A stretch of 64,000 bases of DNA from positions 28,711 to 92,710 of the IMG/VR virus record IMGVR_UViG_3300026197_000002. One strand, given 5' to 3'. Made by a program: the position numbers and the translations under genes. This document shows positions 58,719-64,000 of the stretch, in pieces; the first letter of the stretch is position 1, and the number at the start of each line of letters is the position of its first letter. The notes beneath the pieces were generated by a model, which ran no database searches, was not told where the DNA came from, and was given only the letters and a program-made list of their open reading frames with translations. Source of the stretch: a virus.

Positions 58719-59057
58719 ATGAAAATGTTAGAAGAAGGAGAAAGCAGAATTTTAACAGGACTTTGCATAGAAAAAAGTCTTATGGAAAAAAAAGATTCTA
58801 ACGGCAACAATCGCTACGCCGTTAGTATAGAAAACCACCCACGAACATTGTATGTTGGAGAATGGTGTAAGTTTGAAACAGGGGATACCTTACAAGTTAC
58901 CCTAACAGGAAAAAAGTTTAATGATAAAATCTACGAGAACGTAGGAAAAATCATTAATACAACCGCTGCCTACAACAAAGAATTAGTAAGAAAAGAAACT
59001 GCCATTCTTAACGCTAAAAAGAACTTCCAAGAGGAAACAGGTATTCAATTATTTTAA
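58719..59057 (+). CDS. early protein, possible OB-fold (start likely ATG 58719)
   Basis: Beta-strand pattern ILTGLCIEK...RYAVSI...FETGDTLQVTLTGKKFNDKIYENV. Confidence 0.55.
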   Translation: MKMLEEGESRILTGLCIEKSLMEKKDSNGNNRYAVSIENHPRTLYVGEWCKFETGDTLQVTLTGKKFNDKIYENVGKIINTTAAYNKELVRKETAILNAKKNFQEETGIQLF

Positions 59058-59072
59058 TTGTACCTGTTTCAC

Positions 59073-59105
59073 AATACATACCCTAGAAATAGGGTATGTA
59101 TTTTT
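59073..59105 (+). terminator. intrinsic terminator
   Basis: AATACATACCCTA-GAAA-TAGGGTATGTATT-TTT. Confidence 0.9.
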
Positions 59106-59111
59106 AAAACC

Positions 59112-59144
59112 ACCCTTACAGGGTTATACTGTTAAGAACACCTC
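59112..59144 (+). promoter_or_regulatory. hairpin + GAACACCTC element, copy 4
   Basis: ACCCT-TAC-AGGGT; GAACACCTC at 59136. Confidence 0.7.
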
Positions 59145-59149
59145 TTTTA

Positions 59150-59585
59150 TTTATTGATGTGGTGTTATAGTATAGTACTATAACATACAATCAACGTGCA
59201 AATCTTCAAGTATGTATAGGACTTAGGTTTGTTAGAATAATGTTCCCAACATTATGTAGTTGATTTTGGTGGATGTTTTTTGGTTATGTGTAAGTAGTAG
59301 AAACTACCTTATCACACCCCTATAAACACTCCACACATCACTATAATATCCTACGATAACCTCGTAGTATCTAGTTTTACCTGCAAGTATGCGTAGAACT
59401 TAGGTTAGATATTATACATTATTGGTCTATATATATCCAAAATATATACACCATATAAATACCTACTGCCAACCTATAAAGCAGTTTAACGGTATTTAAC
59501 CCAAAGAACGTAAGAGTTCACTACATATAATATAATGTAGAAGTTACTATGAAAGACCATAGGGTAAGTAATTAAACCTGCCCAA
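59150..59585 (+). ncRNA. candidate large structured RNA or structured leader
   Basis: No ORF of 60 aa or more; about 10 consecutive stem-loops, e.g. TGTTATAGTA/TACTATAACA, ATAATGTT/AACATTAT, CTACGA/TCGTAG, GAAC-gtaaga-GTTC, CTACAT/ATGTAG, CTATG/CATAG. Confidence 0.5.
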
Positions 59586-59613
59586 TATTATTATTAACAT
59601 TAAAACAGATATT

Positions 59614-59946
59614 ATGAAGGATTTAGAAAAATTAGAAAATGCTATTGCAGTGGCTAAATTAAAACTGCAAGAAGAAACTTCCAGATTAAAGAAAGATATA
59701 CAATATGCAGAAAATGCACGTGTATCTTACCTACATGAAAACTTTTTCTTATTTGAAAAAGTTTTCGCTGCTGAAAAAGCAGAATTTTTCGTAAAAAATC
59801 TTCCTGCTTGGGAGAAAGAACTAATATCAGAAAATATTGTTTCTGATATTAGTTCTGATGTAAACATCAGAATTTGGTGTAAAAAAATAAAGCAAGTTTC
59901 AGAACTACAAGAACTTTCGTATAATGTTCTGAAACTAAAAGTTTAA
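59614..59946 (+). CDS. early hypothetical protein
   Basis: 110-aa helical ORF, A-rich leader. Confidence 0.7.
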   Translation: MKDLEKLENAIAVAKLKLQEETSRLKKDIQYAENARVSYLHENFFLFEKVFAAEKAEFFVKNLPAWEKELISENIVSDISSDVNIRIWCKKIKQVSELQELSYNVLKLKV

Positions 59947-60049
59947 ACTTTTAATAGCTATCCACATATAGCTTTAAGGAAATATAACTCTCTTGTAGAA
60001 GTGAGGTATATAAACCAAATGTGGAGTGTAATTCTCTTATGAATTAAAA

Positions 60050-60139
60050 GACAGTACTGAACCCAAGTAATAAGCCTGGCAGAGGAATTGGTGATAGGTG
60101 TAAAAAACCTTATGGTAGGTTCAAATCCTACTACTGTCG
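60050..60139 (+). ncRNA. tRNA-like RNA 1 (non-canonical)
   Basis: Acceptor GACAGTA/TACTGTC, T-arm GTAGG-TTCAAAT-CCTAC; enlarged irregular D region. Confidence 0.65.
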
Positions 60140-60196
60140 CTAAATTATTATTTAACTTTAAAGAGGTACAGTTGAAATACTGTACCTCATATTACT

Positions 60197-60835
60197 ATGA
60201 TAGACAGTAAAAAATATAGTCTAGTTGAGGCAATTTTGATGATTAAAGAATTGCCTATCTTACCTGCAAAAAAAGCAAAAATTGTCCAAAAAGTACTTCT
60301 GGCAGCAGGTGAAGAAGGAAAGCTAATGGATGCCAATTATTTGGCAAACAAGCTCCCAGAATCGGGAGTAAAAGGGTTTTTTAACCCTTCAGCAGTAGAA
60401 GATGTGGGGTGTTTCAACTTCATAAAACACCCTGCTGACAACCGATACCATTTAGCAACAAGTATAAATGGTATCTGGATGATTGAATCACCTGAAGAAG
60501 GAGAGCCATTCAAATATCAGCCTTGTTGGAAAGCTGATAGTGATGAAACTGCACTATATTACCTAATGACGAAGGGCAATCCTTCAAAAAAAGTTGCCCA
60601 AGAAATATGTGATAAGTTCAACTTGCCATTATCTCCTGTATTACAGGATGAAAATGGCTACGATTATTGGACTGTTGCTATCACTACATATAATTTACAG
60701 GTTATTGACCAGTCATCTGGTTATCCTGTAAATGATGCACGTGGTGGTAGCTTCTGCACAAAAGCAGAAGCAGAGGAGTATATGAAAAATACTCCTTTAG
60801 AAATTGGGTTAGATTGGGATTGCCAAATATCTTAA
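60197..60835 (+). CDS. early hypothetical protein
   Basis: 212-aa ORF; no motif recognised. Confidence 0.75.
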   Translation: MIDSKKYSLVEAILMIKELPILPAKKAKIVQKVLLAAGEEGKLMDANYLANKLPESGVKGFFNPSAVEDVGCFNFIKHPADNRYHLATSINGIWMIESPEEGEPFKYQPCWKADSDETALYYLMTKGNPSKKVAQEICDKFNLPLSPVLQDENGYDYWTVAITTYNLQVIDQSSGYPVNDARGGSFCTKAEAEEYMKNTPLEIGLDWDCQIS

Positions 60836-61056
60836 TCTCTAAATCATAGGCATTCGTAAGATGTAAGTCCTATACATTAAAAAAACGTATTAATCTAGTT
60901 TTCTTTTTAAAAGTTTTGTATATTTCAAGCGTTTGTAAGAGTTCGTAAACTTACATACTTTATGGCTTCAAAGCAGGTGTAGTACCCTGTTATTCTTATG
61001 TCAATTAGATTTACCAAGTCTAATTATGGAAAGTAATTCTAAGTACACGAATTACA

Positions 61057-61149
61057 GACCTTATTGACACGTTTGCTCAATTAAGAGTATAGGAATACCT
61101 AGTAGCACGTGGTGGTGTCTAGGCGTGAGTGCAAATCTCACTGAAGTCT
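61057..61149 (+). ncRNA. tRNA-like RNA 2 (non-canonical)
   Basis: Acceptor GACCTTA/TGAAGTC (one mismatch, one G.U), T-arm GTGAG-TGCAAAT-CTCAC; internal hairpins TGCTC/GAGTA and CCTAG/CTAGG. Confidence 0.55.
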
Positions 61150-61295
61150 GCTGATATTTCCCAGAAATGGAGAATGTAAGCCCTTAAATGGGATAAGTTT
61201 GAGTTATAAATTCCTTATACTCAAATGAAGGCAGCAAGTTGGATACTTGCGTTTTATATATCTTAATTTTATTCCTGTATAAAAAACAAAGACAT

Positions 61296-61630
61296 AGGGG
61301 TAACAGGTTTAGACCCGTCAAGTAAAAAAAGATATATAATCCTAATTAACATTATAGTTGCAAATATAATTGTTAATATTGTGCGGACACCTTTAATTAG
61401 GTGTAATATCTTACTATGAGGATAGTAAGGGCTCTTACTGTTAGGAGAAATAACAGGAATTAGTATCATCAGGTCAAAATAGACTTACTTCTATAAATAT
61501 ATAATAAGTAGTTTATTGATTACCTGATGATTTCTATTTTACCCTTACCACAAAGGGTTTATCTGCTATGTAGATAGAAAGTATGCCATCAAACAAATGA
61601 TGAAGCGTGGTTAGATAACTTGAATGGACA
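61296..61630 (+). ncRNA. tmRNA-like element lacking T-arm and 3' acceptor strand (tentative)
   Basis: 5' AGGGGTA-ACAGGTTTAGAC; long-range CCGTCAAGT/ACTTGAATGG; ATAGTT-GCA-AAT resume-like motif; 19-codon frame ending in a hairpin; H-type pseudoknot. Confidence 0.4.
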
Positions 61631-61654
61631 GTATATACTGTCCATTTTTTTTTT
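61623..61654 (+). terminator. intrinsic terminator closing the ncRNA cluster
   Basis: AATGGACAGT-atat-ACTGTCCATT + T run. Confidence 0.85.
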
Positions 61655-61672
61655 AATCAAACTTAAAAAACT

Positions 61673-62128
61673 ATGAATAAAGATATTGAAAAAGCTCTAC
61701 TATGGTGGAGTAATCTTTCTACTAAAGAAAAGTGGAATAAGATTCTAAAAGATTGTGAAAATATTGATGAAACTTTATCTCTTGCTGATATGAGAGAATT
61801 AAACATTCTCTACATGTGGGAAAAAAGTGAAAATATTAAAGCCAATCTTGACTTTAACAAAATAATAGAGTCAGGGGGAAAAATTACATCAATAGTCGGA
61901 ACAGCTGCTGAAGTCTATCCACAACTAATAGGTAAAACAGTAGCTTTTGCTACAACAGTTGGATATTTCAATTTTGATTATGTAATTGAAGTTGAAAGCG
62001 TAGAAGAGAAAGAACATGAGTTTGCATTAAAAGGAACTTTTATCAGTAAAGATAAAAAGTTCAAAACAGAAAATTGTTGTGGGAAAAAAGTAGTATGTTT
62101 ATTCTGGGTAATTGAATACCCTGAATAA
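61673..62128 (+). CDS. early hypothetical protein
   Basis: 151-aa ORF; N-terminal ALLWWSNLSTKEK module; A-rich leader. Confidence 0.75.
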   Translation: MNKDIEKALLWWSNLSTKEKWNKILKDCENIDETLSLADMRELNILYMWEKSENIKANLDFNKIIESGGKITSIVGTAAEVYPQLIGKTVAFATTVGYFNFDYVIEVESVEEKEHEFALKGTFISKDKKFKTENCCGKKVVCLFWVIEYPE

Positions 62129-62280
62129 TTAATTACCTTAAATGATTAATTAAGACCTAGATAAGTCATAAAACTGTCTATTATTTAAACTACCATTCCA
62201 ACTTCACAAGGGTTGGCTACATTAGTAGAGTAGTGAGTGGATAATAAGAATACACATAAATAAAATTAAAATATAAAATT

Positions 62281-63432
62281 ATGAGAAAAATAATCATCAT
62301 CATTATAGCTATCATCTTATCATATATGGTAGCTGCTCCCGTGTTACACGCACAGGTAGAGCAACAAGATTTTGAAACATTTGTATACCAAACTATGAGT
62401 GCTAATGGCACTTATGAAGGTAATACAAAGGTTGTTGTTCAGTATAATGCTGAACATAACACTAGATTTACAACACTGTATGAGATATATGTATCTCAAA
62501 GAAACAACCAGGTAATACTAGGAACACCTAGTGTATCTAAGGTTGTTATAGATAACTGTAATAAAGTTGTGAATAACCAAAAAGCAATTATTGATAGTTT
62601 AACTAAAAACTTCACAAAACTACAAGTAGCTCTTGTAGAATGTGAAGAGTTAAAAACAGTATCTAATGAGGTAGCTCCTCAAATTGATACTGTTGTAACA
62701 ACTATTACATCTAATGAGTGGATAGCTACTACTCATGAAGACGTATTTTTGAGTAAAGATTCTATCCAATGGCTAAGGGTAGAAGATTTATCAACCAATA
62801 TCATTCTTATAAATCTCTCCATTAAGCCAAATGGAGTATATTATGAGAACGGTAACTTCGTACTTACAGCTTCTTTCTGGAAATGGCTATCCAGAAATAA
62901 GAATAAGTATAATAAAGTAAGACCTGCTGATACGTATGTCAGTATGCAAGGTGTAGGGCATTCTACTTACTTGTTTATATTAGGGATAGCTTCCTTAATA
63001 TTGTTGCATTTAAGTAGGTATGAAAGAACTCATCCTAATAATTTTAAGATTTTGCTAACCTTAATATTATTGGGTATGTTTATATCTATACCTGCTGCTA
63101 GCAATGCACAAGATAGTGTGCAAGATGACAAGAGAATCATAGAACACTCTCGGTACACCTATATTCCCCTAGATTACCTAGACGTAGGTGATATAGTAAG
63201 ATTACGAGGTAACAACCTTGATGTTTACGTGAAATATCAAGGTAAAATGCAATGGGTTCACGTACCTACTGCTAAATGGAGTGTTCAATATATGGACTAC
63301 TTAGCTAGTAGTTCATTAGGTGTAAACTGTTACACCATATCTTTGCCACTTCCTATACGTAAGCAAGTATGGGATAGACACTATGCTTCTAATGATGATA
63401 AACCAAAGCTAGGTTTACATCAGATGAAGTAA
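62281..63432 (+). CDS. secreted/membrane protein with N-terminal and internal signal-peptide-like segments
   Basis: MRKIII...VLHA-QVE; TM segment; then KILLTLILLGMFISIPAASNA-QDS. Confidence 0.7.
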   Translation: MRKIIIIIIAIILSYMVAAPVLHAQVEQQDFETFVYQTMSANGTYEGNTKVVVQYNAEHNTRFTTLYEIYVSQRNNQVILGTPSVSKVVIDNCNKVVNNQKAIIDSLTKNFTKLQVALVECEELKTVSNEVAPQIDTVVTTITSNEWIATTHEDVFLSKDSIQWLRVEDLSTNIILINLSIKPNGVYYENGNFVLTASFWKWLSRNKNKYNKVRPADTYVSMQGVGHSTYLFILGIASLILLHLSRYERTHPNNFKILLTLILLGMFISIPAASNAQDSVQDDKRIIEHSRYTYIPLDYLDVGDIVRLRGNNLDVYVKYQGKMQWVHVPTAKWSVQYMDYLASSSLGVNCYTISLPLPIRKQVWDRHYASNDDKPKLGLHQMK

Positions 63433-63439
63433 ATTCCAA

Positions 63440-63478
63440 AGAGGTTATGTAAAGCTAGCATAACCTCTATTTTATTTA
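63440..63478 (+). terminator. intrinsic terminator
   Basis: AGAGGTTATG-N9-CATAACCTCT-ATTTTATTT. Confidence 0.8.
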
Positions 63479-63543
63479 ATTAAATAAGTATTAGTCAAAG
63501 GACAATACAATCTTAAACAATTTTTTAATTAAATCAAAATATT

Positions 63544-63729
63544 ATGAAAAGCAGATTATTGTATAGACTACTAAAAACAATGGAAAATGATAAAGTAGGT
63601 AAATCTACCACTTCTTATACTAAAAACAAAAGTAGCAGAAATGCTTATATAAAAAATAAAATTGCAAAGCGTAGGCTGCGGAATAAAACGGCTTATAAGA
63701 GCCGTAGGATAAATAGTAAAAAGAAATAA
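63544..63729 (+). CDS. small very basic protein
   Basis: KIAKRRLRNKTAYKSRRINSKKK basic C-terminus. Confidence 0.6.
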   Translation: MKSRLLYRLLKTMENDKVGKSTTSYTKNKSSRNAYIKNKIAKRRLRNKTAYKSRRINSKKK

Positions 63730-63763
63730 TCAATAACTCTTATTTACGAATTAAAGTAGGATT

Positions 63764-63976
63764 ATGGAAAATTTATTAGGTAAAAGGGTACAAGTGAGAG
63801 TTCCTCTTAGGAGTAATAACTTTCCTTGTAACCCTACAAACAGGTTCACCACCGTAGTAGGTGTGTGTAACTTTATAGGAGTAAATGAATTACACGGCAA
63901 CTTTCAAGTTACCATAGGTAGAACTCCTATATGGTATGAAGGGTTTACATTATCTGATGTAACTCTTGTGGTTTAA
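63764..63976 (+). CDS. early hypothetical protein
   Basis: 70-aa beta-rich ORF (SH3/Sm-like layout). Confidence 0.65.
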   Translation: MENLLGKRVQVRVPLRSNNFPCNPTNRFTTVVGVCNFIGVNELHGNFQVTIGRTPIWYEGFTLSDVTLVV

Positions 63977-64000
63977 ATTTAAAACATTATAAATTATATG

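Noticed and set aside
57618-59144. The repeated element as a CRISPR array or attC-like cassette sites
   Set aside because: Spacing is irregular (321, 665, 506 bp) with genes and terminators between; no cas gene or integrase in the window
61269-61469. 66-aa minus-strand ORF
   Set aside because: Opposes the orientation of the whole early region and overlaps the structured RNA
61541-61559. ACCCTTAC...AGGGTT as a fifth hairpin element
   Set aside because: Loop is 6 nt, not a GNA triloop, and no GAACACCTC follows
61524-61580. CTGATGA...GAAA as a hammerhead ribozyme core
   Set aside because: No proper stem II closes between the motifs, and CTGATGA is sequestered in a perfect ATCATCAGGT/ACCTGATGAT helix
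1-64000. Stop-codon reassignment as seen in some Crassvirales
   Set aside because: Very long ORFs are intact in code 11, TAG ends genes at natural boundaries (27053, 53687), and no suppressor tRNA is seen

Overview
A 64-kb slice of an AT-rich lytic Crassvirales (crAss-like) phage genome read in the standard genetic code. The host is most likely Bacteroidota: five TTG-N19/20-TAnnTTTG promoters are present and start codons are preceded by A-rich leaders rather than Shine-Dalgarno motifs. Layout: (i) 1-3112 (+) is the end of a middle/nucleotide-metabolism operon (DUF3310, MazG-like). (ii) 3176-56955 (-) is the late/virion module: RusA-like resolvase, an antirepressor-PD-(D/E)XK fusion, HU/IHF-like proteins, TerL, portal, two fibre/spike proteins, a holin/spanin-like cluster, scaffold-like protein, MCP, GroES-like protein, an atypical tRNA-Met(CAT), ring and tail-stabilisation proteins, and ejected cargo proteins, including a 5392-aa virion RNA polymerase polyprotein (DYDVD). 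(iii) After a 745-bp divergent gap, 57701-64000 (+) is an early region of small ORFs and dense non-coding structure. Most notable: (1) four copies of a bipartite element (covarying hairpin whose template-strand loop is a GNA triloop, with an invariant GAACACCTC box starting exactly 18 nt after the loop centre), arranged with small genes and terminators, which are candidate hairpin promoters for the virion RNAP; (2) an early ncRNA cluster with two paralogous non-canonical tRNA-like RNAs, a ~430-nt structured RNA and a tmRNA-like element lacking its T-arm and 3' acceptor strand; (3) an ADP-ribosyltransferase-like domain and other effector-like modules inserted in the vRNAP. All family calls come from motif recognition by eye; no database searches were run.
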